Origin: Guillardia theta CCMP2712
Taxonomy: Eukaryota; Protista; Cryptophyta
DNA: 64,000 bases
NCBI RefSeq assembly: GCF_000315625.1
Contig: NW_005434659.1
Coordinates: 435,714 to 499,713, forward strand
Reading direction: 5' to 3'
Positions 11,401 through 24,330 of this stretch are shown piece after piece; position 1 is the stretch's first letter, and each line of letters begins with the position of its first letter. The notes under the pieces were generated by a model. The model searched no databases, was not told the DNA's origin, and saw nothing but the letters and a program-made list of their open reading frames with translations. The position numbers and the translations under genes were made by a program.

Positions 11401-14400
11401 GAACTTTCTCTCGCCCCCACCAGGAGCCCAGCTGCTGCTCCGAGGAGAAGGCTACACCGACGGCTACGTTCTCGTGGAGCAGCTGGAGCAGGACAGCGAG
11501 TCCCTCCTCTCCTCGCCCTCCGGCATCCTGGGCAACGTGGCGCTGGCAGACCTTCAGCTTCTAGAGCATGACTTCTTGCAAGTGCTCGAGCTCGTCCCCC
11601 TTCACCTTGTGGAGACAGCGGAGGAGGTGAAGGGCCTCTGCTTCGTTGGCCCCTCCTCCTCTCCTCTCCTCGTCGTCACCGTCTCCAACCGCCTGCTCTT
11701 CTTCTCTCCAACCGTGAGGGGACCCGGCGGGAAGAGGCTGCAGCACGTACGCACCAGGACTCAGGCCCAGCTGCGAGGGAGAGCAGAGGAGGGAGAGTTT
11801 CCCACGTGGGAGGCTGTTGAGGAGAGGGTTCACGATGCAGACATAGTATTCGTGCGCGATGTCTCCACAGACAGCTCCCCGAGCATCGTCCTCTCCTGCT
11901 GTCAGAGAGGGCTCGTCTCCTTCACAGACTGCCGGCCGCTCGTCTCGGACGGAGCAGCAGACAGGTTGTTCTCCAGCTACCTCAAGCAAAAGCAGCTGCT
12001 GAGGGTCTTGAGGACCATTGACGCTGAGATGGCGAGGAGGGAGGTCGACTTCTCGACGCTGCTCATCGACACTCAGAGGCTGCAGGAAGAGAAGTTGTCC
12101 CACCTCCTTGCCCTGCAGCTCAGTCGAAAAGGGGGAGGGCAGGAGGGGAAGCGCGAGCGCGAGAAAGCGCTGCAAGAGCTAGAGAGGATCTTCCGGACCC
12201 TGGACGAACGTCAGGACATGGTGGAGGAGATGAGTACGACTCTGATGTCTCGCCTTCCCTCCCACATGTTGAGCAAGCAGCTCTCATCTTATCACGTTGG
12301 CAAAGTCCTTGAGGTCACCCTGGATTGGATGCTGCAAGAGGGCCTGGGACAGGGGGGCAGGACTATCGCCGATCACCGGCACTTGAAGACGCTGCTCAGG
12401 ACGCCGACCATGTCGAGGAGGTCCTTGGACCCTTTGAAGCAGAAGATTGACCTGGAAGTCATCTTTCATCACCTCAAGGATACCCCCGACCGGCTCTCCC
12501 TCAAGAGGTTCGCTCAGTTCTGCAAGGGTCGCAGACTGGACAGGAGGTACCCCGGCGAGTTGGACGACCTGGCGCACACACTCTTCATGGGGCAGGTGAA
12601 TGAAAACTCCTTCCCCTTGTCGTTGTTGATGGGCGACGAGCAGGGCCGCGATAACGACGAGAATGTCGAAGCTGTGGAGCTCCTTGAGGTTGAAAGCATT
12701 GCCTCCTATCTCCCCCTCCTCCCCACCCCTCCCCTATCCTCCTATCTCTTCCCGTCTCCTCTCGTCTTTCCTCTTCTTCTTTGCCCTCCTCTGCCCTCTT
12801 CCTCTTCGTAGGCCTCCTCTTCGCTCCTGCGCTGGTTGCCTCTCTCCTCTCTCCTCTCTCCTCTCTCTCCTCTCTCTCTCCTCGTCTTTTCCCATCAATT
12901 CATATGTTTGCAGTTCCTGCTCTTCTTCATCCCTGAGTTGGACGAAAGTTACCTCTTCAGCCACCTCAAGGCTGGCAGCGAGGACGAAACTTTCCGAGCG
13001 GAAGATTGGCTAGTGGAGGAGGGAGAAGAGGAAGAGGATGTCGAACTTTTGCCGCAGGCCGATGACGACGAAGAGCAGGACGGTATACAAGAAGCAGGCA
13101 GGGTTACAGAGGCTCTGGTCAGAGCGGTAGACACGAACGCCATCCAAGTGCTGGATCTGTCAAAGTTCAAACTCTCGTCGCCAGAGGGCAGGATGGGCCG
13201 TGATGAGCTGGCTGCCATCCACGACCTCTTCAGCAGCATTGCCGCCTGCACATCGCTCAAGTATCTGTCCGTGGACTATCAGCAGGAGCTCTGCTCCTTC
13301 GACTTCTTCTGGCGTTCCCTCGCGCTCAACAGCTCCATCCACGAGCTCTCCTTGCAGAACTTGCAGCTGGACAGGAGGCACGCCGGTGCCATCGCAAGGT
13401 GTCTGGATCACAACACCACCCTCAGGAATCTCGACCTCAGTCACAACAACCTGACCCGAGGGCTCGGAACGATCGCCAGCTCGCTCGCAGACAACCAGAG
13501 CCTGCTATGTCTCGATCTCAGTGAGAACAACCTTGATGACGTGGACATCTCCGACCTCCTGGACGGCCTGTCGTACAACCGACAGCTGAAGAGCCTGTGG
13601 ATGAACGGGAACAAGATACTCCAGCACGGCTTCCAGCAGATCACAAGATGCCTCGAGAGCAGAAACTTCGTGGTGGAGAAGTTTTCCGCTTTCAATCAGG
13701 CAATCGACCGCGAAGGAAACCTGCAGATCAACGTCTGTGGGATGGACTGCTTCCTGTCAGTGAGGGAGGAGGAGCAAGAACTAGATCAGCAGACCTGTGG
13801 GTTTTGTCATGATGCTCGGGAGGGGAGGCGCTGACAAGCTTGTCCGCAGGCGTCCACCGGGCCGCGTCGGACAGTCGATGCCACGAGTTTGTCGACAGGC
13901 TGCTGCTGCTCGCAGCGGGGCAGGAGCAGGACGAGCTACAGCAGTTCATTCTGGACAACTTCACGTCCGTTCTCGACATCCCCATCCTCCCCTCCGTCGC
14001 CCGTCGCATCGTCCAAGGGCTGCGGTCCCACTTGGAGCTCATCCGAGTGCGGGGGTACCGACAGAAGATCGATCTCCTGCTCGCTCCAGAGGGGATAAGA
14101 GCGAGGAGGAGCAAGATGGCTCGGGAAGCTGCAAGGCTCAAGGAGCTGGTGGAGGACCTCCGTAGGAGCTCCTCCCCTCCTGCTCCTCGGTCCCTCGGAC
14201 GGGATCTGCTCCGCCTGTCTCCTCTCGTCTCCCTCCAGGAACTGCCTGAGTCCGTCGCGGCAGAGAAGCTGCAAGCACTCGCGTGCGATGTCGAGGACCC
14301 AGAGGACGCGGCGCTCTTGCTCCGCCTGTACTCGCCGCTCAGTGAAGAGCAGGGAAGTAAGGAAGCGCAAGAGCAAGGGCAAGGCGACAAGAGCACAGCC

Positions 14401-15903
14401 GAGTCTCTCCCCAAAGAGGACGCTGCTTCAGTCGTCGACGAAGCTGCACTCGAGGAAGGCGATGACGTGGTTTTGAGTGTCCTGGGGATCCCAAGAGGCT
14501 CTCAAGGGAAGTTGTTGGAGGTCAACGAGACACACAGAGCGCCCTCTGCCTCCTCCTCCTCCTCCTCTTTTTTTCACAATGTCTCCTTGCAGCGCTCCTT
14601 CTCTGCTTCCTCCTTCAGAACTCTTGCCGAGCAGCCGTCAAGCTCTCCCGGCCCGCTGGCCGAGCTGGTAAGGAGCAATCGGGAAGTTGAGGATGTTGCC
14701 TCGCAGGAGACGTCATGGGGAAGGATAGTGCGAGCAGAGAAAAATGTAGAGGTCCACGTGCACAAACTCGTGAGATTGGGGAGAACAACGTGGACTCTTG
14801 AGGACCTGTCGTTTCTTCCTTGGGACCAGTTTAAGGGTTGCCAGGCTGCCGACGAAGAGGAGGAGGAGGAGGAGGAGGAGGACGTTCGTAGCATCTCTGA
14901 GACTGTTCAGCATGGAAGACGGCTGGCACTTGCTGCTCTTGACGGATCGTCGGCTGGGTGTCTTGGGTGGCTGGACATGAAAATTTTCGAGCTTGTTGGC
15001 GCCACCGAAGGAGAGGAGAGGAGGCGACGCTTTGCACTGATGACCCTGCTGAGCTCTGACTGCAAGCAAGGCGCGTACAGGACGTCAGTCAGCAATGCTG
15101 GGCGGCAGGAGGAGGAGCAGAGGGGGGGAGGAGCGCGCACATGGGAATGGAATGAGAGGTTCAGATTCGCCCTCCCCGGCCGATCTTGCCGTCTGATGGT
15201 GGAAGTATTTGAGGAGCCTTCCTCTGGGACTAGCAGGTTCGTCGGGCGAGCCGAAGTTGCTGTAGAAGTTCACAGCAAGTTCGTCGTCTTCGATGGCCGA
15301 GCCGTCAAGCTCTCAGTGGATCAAGTCTCCCGCGACCAGGCTCGCTGCTTCCTCCTCACCAGTCCCCCGGGCTCGGCCTCGACGCCACCGACCTCCTCCG
15401 TCAGAATCCAGCTTTGCTGCCGTCTCCTCCGCTCACTTCCTGTAGCTGCCAACCTTCGTCAGTGGCTCTCCAACCGATCCTTGCTGCAGTTTGAAACGGG
15501 AGGCAGGCAGCAGCCTCCTCGCATACAGGGCGGCTCCGTTGGAGAGCGTGAGAGTTGTAGAGGAGAGGCTGCGTCGTATGCTGGAGCGCTCTCAGCTCGC
15601 AACTCCACCATAGACGAGGAAGAGGTCGAAGAGAGGGACGGGCTGACTCGCTTGCAAGCCGAGCATGTCTCCTCGCTTCCTCTCCAGCGTCCCAGGTCAG
15701 GTGGAGCGGATCGCGCCCCGACCTGGTCGCAACTTGTGGCTGATGGGTTCTATGTGAGCACCAAGGATGGAAGGGTCTGCCTTGAGCCGAGCTCAGAGGA
15801 GGCAAGGAGGGTCACCCTCCGCCACAGGGTCTTGTCTGCATTGCGATCGGCAGCTATGGTGCTGGAAGCCAGGAGGAGGAGAGCAAGACCCGTCTCAAGG
15901 TGA
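8403..15903 (+). CDS. Large multidomain protein: WD40 repeats, ribonuclease-inhibitor-type LRRs and a C2-like domain (multi-exon; could be more than one gene)
   Basis: WD40: VATASADRTVKLW, LLASGGHDRRVKLW, LLVSSDMRGNVVCW. LRR: LDHNTTLRNLDLSHNNL, LADNQSLLCLDLSENNL. C2-like: WEWNERFRFALPG..LMVEVFEE...RFVGRAEV. Consecutive + ORFs are separated by pyrimidine-rich intron-like gaps. Confidence 0.65.
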
Positions 15904-15951
15904 TCCGATCGCCTCTTGCAGTGCAGGGACTCGAAGAGACTCAGTGGGGGA

Positions 15952-16014
15952 AGGAGGAGGAGGAGGAGGAGGAGGAGGAGGAGGAGGAGGAGGAGGAGGA
16001 GGAGGAGGAGGAGG
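15952..16014. repeat. (GGA)n microsatellite
   Basis: About 20 perfect copies just 3' of the WD40-LRR-C2 stop. Confidence 0.95.
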
Positions 16015-16749
16015 ATCCTTGTTGTGTTTGACCAGACACGAGCCAATCGGTTGACTGATTTCGCAGGTGGAACCGCGCGAGCATGCTGCTGGATCGCTGG
16101 AATGAAGAGTTCTTCTGCCATGACTGACCGGTCTGCCCCTGGCTCGAACTCAGTCCACTAGTCTAGTAGTGGCACAGATGACGATGTTCCGGCAGCTGCC
16201 ATGACAGTGGGCACTGGCAGGCCCTCGGCACAGGCTGTGCCAGTCATGATGTGTCATAACCGCAAAACCCTTCACTGGGCCTGTGACATCCGACGGTGAG
16301 TCACAGTGAACTTCGGACTCACTGAAGAAACTTTCGGCTCTGGACACCGTGAATAAAACTTGTCGAGTCAAGTTCTGGTCAGGGTCAGGACACTGTTGTT
16401 GAGGCTCTGAAAGTCGAGTCCAATGACGACCCTTTATGCTATTCAGTCGCCACAGACCGCCATGTAGCGCGGCAGAGCTACAAAGAGGAGGGCCTCCCTC
16501 AGCTGTATGATTGAGGCTCCGCTCATGCGACGGTCACAGTCTACCGTATGATCCGAGTGTCATGCCGAAGTTTAAGCGGCTTCACAGTGATGCTGCAGTT
16601 GAACGCTCGGCCATCGTGACAGTGACACCGGCCTGTCTTCTGCACTGCCCGAGTCAACGTCAATTCTTCACCGTCATCTGATCTGCCAGGCTCAGAAGAC
16701 GATAAGAATGGGATGCTCAGATGACGATGAATAAGAATGATCATTTCAA

Positions 16750-17260
16750 TCATGGCATCGAATTGCCGGACGCGGCGGTGACAGTCACCCGTCGGCCCGG
16801 CATTGCCGGGCGGAGTCCGATCGTCCAGGCTGCCCGCCGGCCCGGCGGGACTCCGAGTCCCGGCCGGCCGCGCCGCCGGGGGCGGCGAGTCACGGTCCCG
16901 GGTCCGGGGAACCGTTGACTCGGGTGACGGTGACTTCCGATCACTGAGTGCGCAGTGACTTCAATGAACTGAGTCAGGACCGTGGACTCCGTTGAACTTG
17001 AGTGAAAGAGGGGAAACCGGGACTCGGGGGCCGGGAACTTCAGTGAAGAGAGAAGAAAAAAAAAGTGATTAACTCATTCAAGTTTACAAACTGGAATCTG
17101 GAATTTACAGGGAGCCGGCGGACCGTCGCCGCCGACGGCCCGGGCTTCCGATTGGCACTGAGCAACCGGCGGCGGCGCCCGGCCGCGAAGCCTGGCCCGG
17201 CCCGTCCGATCATCCGATTGCACTCAGTTACTCAGTGGCACGGTAGTAGGCTAGTCGTTC
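16750..17260. promoter_or_regulatory. GC-rich intergenic island of CCGG/GGCC words, short GTGAC/GTCAC palindromes and TGAGTCA sites
   Basis: GGTGAC-A-GTCACC at 16777-16789, TCACTG..CAGTGA at ~16941-16958, TGAGTCA at 16970. No credible ORF. Confidence 0.4.
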
Positions 17261-19698
17261 CGGGGCCTGTTTACTCAGGTCATGCTCCCAAGCGATGCTC
17301 ATCCTGTCGAAGGGGTGGGGTGATGTCAGCAAGGGATAGGATAGGCAAGATAAGGGTCATTTCTCATAGGTTTATACCGGTGCCCCAAAGAGGTATCTTC
17401 ACATCACCCCTATCTTATCCTACGGAGAGGTCCGATCTTCTTCTTATTCTTTTTTTCTAATTTTTGAATGTGACCACCGTGCCGTGCAGTAAAGGAGACC
17501 AAGATGTGTATGACCCCCTCCCACTAACCCTTATTCAGATAGTTCACCACCCCACCTCTCTTTTCCCAACCGTGTCTCGGAAACACCACCCTTCCCCACT
17601 CAACACCCTCATGTACTTTTCAACTACCCACCCACCATTAAAGTTAGCGCCTGAAATCTTGTATCCTGCCCCCCACTCCAACCCGACCTGTTTCTCGGTG
17701 CCTCGGGGAGGTCCCTGCCAGTGAGACTAAAACTATTTTATAATAGAACACGAAAGGACGCTTTTTCGTTTCAAGTCGTTCAACACCGTCTTCTAGCTTT
17801 CCTCCGGCGTAGAGCATCGAAAGCGAGTATTTCCCAATAAGAAGGTCATTCAAACGAAATTTGTCAATAAATTTGAAACTTGTCTCTCTATATTAGTATT
17901 TTGAATCTCATCAACACAAATGCATGCAGCTTGATGCTTTCAAATAACCTTATGGCGAATAAATCCTGGTCTGGCCATGTACCCTACTACTACCCATGTG
18001 ATGCTCTTACAAAAAGGAGGTAGGGTAGATAGAAGGAGCTCTCCGGTCAGTTGTGACCTACTGGGGTAGTCCGATGATCGGTACTGTGAAGCACTGTACT
18101 TTAACCTCCTTTCATTTAAATTGATTTAACTCCCTTAAAGGACCCTACCCCCCATATGGCTTCTTCATTTGACTGCACCGGTCATTTCACCCGGAACGGT
18201 TCCACCGACGTGGACACGACCTGTTCGTTGCATGGGAGACTGAGCAAGCACGTCATTAATGGCCATGGTTGAGTGATGCCCTCTTTCAACTAGTGCTCCA
18301 ATCAAAGTTTATTGTTGGTTGTACCATATCCCAAAGATATTCCACCTTAGATTCCCACACCAACGATAGTCTGTGCACTGTGCTAGACTGTACCCCACCC
18401 CCAATCCTCCTGTCGACCCACCAAGATTTTTCAATTATTATTTACCATATTTTATACCAAAAATTGAGATTTAGTTTTAAGCCTTTTTTTTTGTTTTAAC
18501 ACAAGTGCCATAATCGGCACAAGTGCTGTTGTAGGGGTGGGTACCTACCCGACCTGATCTCAATGAACTACCCCTATCTCCCATTGTTGCTGTGTGTTTA
18601 TAGCTCAATGGCACGGGGTATATGGGCTTATCAGTATAGGGGTGGTCCGACAATGGGGTGGTCCGTATATGAAGGAGATAGGGAGATCGCAACGATCCAG
18701 CTATAAGGTGGATTTTGTAGACCCTTCCCCATTCTCCACCACCCCACCGTCAACGAGATAATAAGCACCCGTAACTGACCCTCTAATCTTTGGGAAAGGG
18801 TGGGGTACTTGGACCCGTGCACCCTCCTGTCCTCGACGCTTTCCGCTTGCTTGTTCCTGCGCATGCTGTCCGTCGCCTAGTCTCACCCCCTTTGCACCCC
18901 CTCCCCCTCCGTCCCCTGTCTGGGATTTTCGTGTTGGCCCTCAGCACATTGTAGCTCGGGCGCATGAGCTAGCTTTCTAGAAGCGCTTCTTGTCTTCCTT
19001 TCTGAGTGATTACGTGGATCCTGCATGTCCTGACGTGCTCCGTACCCGTTTGCTGTTAGTCCCTCACTGTGCATGAGAAAGCATCAGAAGTCATTGATAC
19101 CCATGTCGTCAGAGCTGCCTGACTCATTGTGATTGTTGCATAATTCTGCTAAGCCTATGCCAGCAGGGTGTGCTGAATTGCATGCAGTGAATCTGATACT
19201 GTCCATTGTATGCCCAAGTTTGCGTCTGCTGCAAGTGCTTTTTGGGCCTCCCAGTTCTTGTCTCTCTATCCCAAACAAGCGTGAGGATCAGGCCTAGTTG
19301 AATAGTGTCAATAGACCGTTGAGAATCTTGTCATTGTTTGCCAGCATATATCACAAAGTTACTCAACGTTTGTCAACGTTTGTCGCAGTGGGCCCCAGTC
19401 CCCTATGTTGGTCCTCGTTGTATTACCTAAGAATACCCCTGTATATGCTCATCTTTACCATTTCAGACGCTTTCATGTATGTCAGTTTTGCTGTTTTGGT
19501 TGACTTTATATTTGAAAATGATCTTGCATGAACAAGCGTGATTTGACCGTTGTGTACAGATCGACGTCTGGTTCTACTGTCTGGCATAGTGCTTCTGTTA
19601 GGGAACAGTCGAATTCATCCAGACAGTATACAGCTTGCTGTAGCAGGTATTGGCACAACGGCGCAATCTGCTTAATCCTTGCAACGGCAAGTCTAGAG

Positions 19699-21411
19699 AT
19701 GGCAAAGGAAGGCGCTGGCATGGGAGACAGTGCGGGGCTGGGCAATGGATATGTTTCAATCCTTCCCATGTCCGACAACGGTTGCAGTCTCTCTGGGCAG
19801 CAAAGACAGCAAGTCGTCAAGCCCAGGATCAAGAGAAGGAAGAATCCTGAGGCCCACGATCCTTCGGAAGCCTTCCCAGTCGTGCTGAGCGCAGAGCTGC
19901 TGAAGAAACACTTTCACTTGCCACTATGCGTTGCCGCCAAGAAGATTGGGGTTTGTACGACTGCGCTCAAACAGTGAGTTAGAGATCAATTGATGTCATG
20001 TGAATGTGGGAGGGGATGATTGACACGTTGGTGCGTCGCAGGGGATGTCGAAAGATTGGAATCAAGAAGTGGCCTCATCGAAAGATCAAGATGTTGGAGC
20101 GATGCCGCGCTATCAACACAAGGAAAGAAGGAGGCAGCAACGATCAACTTCAGGTTGTGCAATACTGCTCCACGACTTGTCTCTCCTTACAACCTTCAGG
20201 ACTTGGAACGAGAGCTAAGCGGTATAGATGGAGCTTGCGACTTGTTGGAGGTGACCTGTCGATGATAAAGGAGATTGTTGCTGTTCTCATGTATATCTTG
20301 CAGTCCCGCAACGTCAACAGCATGCTTGATAGCGATGACAATTCTTCCATCTGTCCTTCAGAGATGTCACAGGTGCTGATCAATCGTCGTGCACTTCTCA
20401 GCTGATGTCGGTTCAGGCATCGACAGCAGGACTTCATATCGACGACAAAAGTCGATCTGCAGCATCCATCGCAGCGGTAATCCAAACCTTAGGACTCTCT
20501 TCTCCTCATGACATTTCCCGGACAGTTGTCCAATCAGATGGGAAGGGACGACATCTTCGCGCGCAGAAATTCCATCTGGGAGAATGTTGTGAGAAACTGC
20601 GACGTGTCCGGGGAGATGGACGATAGGAGTTTGACCTCGTCGAACAACGTGACGACTATTGATTGCTTGTAGACTCGTTGCTTACTGCTTCTGCAGGATG
20701 CCTTCGAGGACATGCCGGACTACAACTATTGGGAATCAGGTAAGAGTGGTCTACTGCTGGGTTACATGCAACTTTGTAACAAGCTTCCTAGGATCTCAAG
20801 CGCTTCTGAGGCCTTTGAATCAAGCGATCAGAGGTGGCTTCTTGGACAATCAGAGCTCTCACCGTGGGTCGGAGGATGAAGACAGGGCATCTCCTGCATC
20901 AAACCATAGTGGATCCAGCATTCCTGCGTCCCTCTTCACTTCCAACTGGATTCAGAACTTGCAGAATCGAGTCCCGAAGACGGAGTTCAGTGATGACGCT
21001 GCTTCACAAGATTCTGCACGCGGGGATCGGGCGAGTAGCACGAAAGATGCAGGAGAGGAGTCTCTTGCATGGACTGCCATCCACGAGCTGCAGAGCATGC
21101 AGGTGACGAGATGCTCGACTTCTCGACAGCGTCAGCCCCAGCTGACTCCTTCCCCGTTCTTGCAGACTCTCACTCAGGCGCTTCTTACCGAGCATGCGAA
21201 CATGGTGAACGAGCTTCTGAGCGCACAAGAGCTGCTGCTGAAGGAGCGGAAGCACTGCCGTGAGCTGCAGGTAAGGAGGTGGGAGGTACAGGAGGTGTTG
21301 ATCTTTGACGTGCGGGGTTAGGACAACATCAATGAGCTCAAGAAGACAGTCTCTCAACTGCAGATGCAGACAAGAAATGTAAATGATATGAGCGGAACCC
21401 TCGTCGCCTAA
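19699..21411 (+). CDS. RWP-RK domain transcription factor with C-terminal coiled coil (multi-exon)
   Basis: LKKHFHLPLCVAAKKIGVCTTALKQ|GCRKIGIKKWPHRKIKML is the RWP-RK signature across a GT-AG intron. Last exon DNINELKKTVSQLQ...TLVA*. Start is uncertain. Confidence 0.85.
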
Positions 21412-21932
21412 GGATGGGAAGCACTTGTATATGAGATGGAAGCATCATGTAGCCATAGCCTTTAGCGGTGACCTCATCGTTCTCACATAGTGTATCAGTA
21501 AAATTAGAAAATATATTCGTGGAAGTGATCAACACGCCAGTATGTTGGATGTCTGTTTGTTGGCAACAATGATGAATGTATTCTGTTGCAGAGGGCCACA
21601 TGGCAACGATTTTAAGCCTGGGCCTCTGACAACTAGCACAACGTTCGGAGAAATGGATCCTCGCAGAATCAGGGAGCTGAAACAGCATTATGACCTGTCA
21701 CGTGGATGGGACAGGGAAGATGTCGGAGGTCGTCATCACTCGTAACATTTTAATCGCTTCACTCTTCAACATCTGTGCATCACATGGAGCTGGACGCCGC
21801 CGCGAACAGGCTTGCGTTAAGAATAGACAGAAAGGAATAACAGACACAAAGTTTGACATTCTGACACTTGACACCGTCGAAACATTCATGTTATGAGACC
21901 GGGCTGGCAGCTGCTCCAATCCCCTCGCAAGC

Positions 21933-22737
21933 TCACTGGCTCACTTGCTTCACTACAGCTCGCCCGTTGTTGCCCATCCTGCAGTCGAGTTGGTGACACG
22001 TCAGCGACGTCAATGATGTGTTTCACTCTTGCCGAACCTTCGCAATGAGAGAATGGATCGCACATCCTTGAGAAGCACCAGACCCGAGAGGATCTAGGAC
22101 CAGTATGAGAAGCAGCTGCTGCACTGCCTCCTCTCTCTCCCTCCCTCCTTGTCTGCTAGCTCATCCACCCAATCTCAATGCACCCAATCTTCACAGGCTC
22201 CACTGTCATCGTATCCATGTTCATCATTACCACAACTATCTCCTTCATATCATCCTCCTCCTCCTCCATCACCACCACAACCTCCTCCTCCTCCTCATCA
22301 TCATCATCATCATCATCGTGCTCATCATCGCCATCTCCATCACTATCATCCGATCCCTTCCATTGCCTACCAGCCCTCAATCAATCAATCAACATCTATC
22401 ACTCACAGGTAGCAGAGAGAGGAGAGCATCGTCGTTGGGGTCGTTGTGCCACGTCTGGATAGGGATGCCGTTGTCTGCCTGCTCGTCTACTTCAGCCACC
22501 GGCAAACGTTGCACATCATGTTAAGACATGTAGACTGTATGCCGCCGGACAGTTGTCAACGATCACGACTTGGCTGAGGTCCTAGCAGAAGCAAACTCAA
22601 CAGACACAAAAAGAGCCAAGTGTCGCCTTACCTGCCGGACAACCGAGATGTCCTTGAGAAAATTTCCCTGCGATGTTGGTGAGAGTGCCGAATGCATCGT
22701 CGTCGTCGTCGTCGTCATCATCATCATCATCATCAGT

Positions 22738-22768
<31 letters not shown>

Positions 22769-24288
22769 GCAGCATAATCAGCATCATCATAATCAGTATC
22801 ATCATTCATCTTTCACAAATTCCATATCATCATCTTCGTCGTTATCATTGAAGTCATCTCCACGGACATCTTCACCTGCTCCACCCGACAGGAAGGTCGG
22901 AAAAACGACGAGAGATGCACTTTCCAGGGTCGATGAGGTCGATGACAGGATCAGCGTAGTGCTGCAGATGCTGTAAGCTCCAAGAGAAGAGAGAGAGGGA
23001 GGGAGGGGGAAAGAGAGCAACGAGAGGACAGAGGAACGAGATGAGAGAGGATGGCCGAGATACGAGGGGAAAGCGAGGGGGGGGGGCGGGGGGGGTTGGG
23101 GGAGGGGCAGGAGGAAAAAGATTTCAACCACCTGGAGGGAGGCGGTGAAAACAACCACCTCGTACCACCTTGACATAGCTTGCAGAAACAAGGACGTGTG
23201 GGGGCGAACAGCAACCTGGAAACAGCACAAGACTTATGTCAGGAAAGACTGAAGACAACCATGACAGGAGAGGCTGCGGAGGCGCTGCCGGACGGCGCGG
23301 GGAGGACACAAAACTCTTCCAACTCACATAGAAGGTGCAGCTGCGCTGGTCGCCGGACGCCGGGATGTGAATCTTCCAATTGTAGTAGTCGAGGGGCTGC
23401 GAGGGATCGCAGGCATCACTCGGCGAGGACAGGCAGCAGGACACGCTCACCTTGACGCTGCTGTGGACGAGAGTCTCGTCGAGATCGAGAATCTGCAAGA
23501 GTTGGGGTCAGGTCGCTCTGCCGATGATGCAAGGATAGGAATGCAAGCTCTGGGACCCACCAACGTCATCTTCTTGGAGTGGCATGCGTCCGCTATCTGA
23601 CACTTGAGCTTGCTGTCCCTGGCATGCAGGAAGGGATCCGGATAAGACATGCATGCCGTCTTGAGGACCAACCAGATTCTGCGCAGGAAGGAAAATTTCC
23701 TCGCTGTTACAGAGAAGAGCTTCTCAAGAAGGACCTCCAACCCGAAACAATTCTTCATCCTCTAGCTATCACAAGCTTCGTGCTGGGCGACGGACCACAG
23801 CACATCCGTGCATCATCGTCACCGCATCTGATGCCTGGCCGCTCACAGCATGTCGCCTCGGAATCTCTCTCCTGCCGCTCCTGGCAACTCCTAACAAGAT
23901 CTTCAACACCATGTCACGCATTGAGCACGTGAGGATAAGCATATTTCTAAAGACTGTGGACAAATGAGCCTTCTTCAATTTTCTCCTATTTGTCTTTAAA
24001 TGATCTTTCGCTATCGCCATTTCTTCTCCTTACAAAACTCCCTGATATCTGACTGCTTCTTTTTCTCCTCCTCTGACTCCTATTGGAAACTAGCATAGCA
24101 TTTCTTCTCATGTATCCCAGAGGAGTAGCAGGAAACCGCATCATCTCTTCAGCCATCCTCCTGATTTCCATACCCTCGCTCGTTTTCTCAGCTAATACAA
24201 ATGCTGGCCCATCGCACTCAACTCGAGCTCTCTTGTCATTCTCCTGATCTACAACTGACATCCTGACATCCTTGATGTCCTCTTCGAC

Positions 24289-24327
<39 letters not shown>

Positions 24328-24330
24328 CAT
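21933..24330 (-). CDS. NIF/FCP1-like HAD phosphatase, CTDNEP1 (Dullard/Nem1)-like; multi-exon; poly-Q N-terminus tentative
   Basis: ILDLDETLVHSS (DxDxT), VRPHTSLFLQAMSRWYEVVVFTASL, YADPVIDLID, FLKDIS, VIVDNCPAAY, DNGIPIQTWHNDPNDDALLSLLP and DVRSILSLR. Confidence 0.8.
22215..22860. repeat. Compound (CAT)n/(CCT)n/(CGT)n/(CAG)n microsatellites within two phosphatase introns
   Basis: Tracts at ~22220-22350 and ~22695-22850 lie between exon segments. Confidence 0.85.

Noticed and set aside
18860-19560. Possible exons or a small gene upstream of the RWP-RK gene
   Set aside because: No coherent frame could be built; probably UTR.
21569-21745. Small ATG ORF MMNVFCCRGPHG...
   Set aside because: Could be a micro-gene, but there is no homology evidence from the sequence alone.
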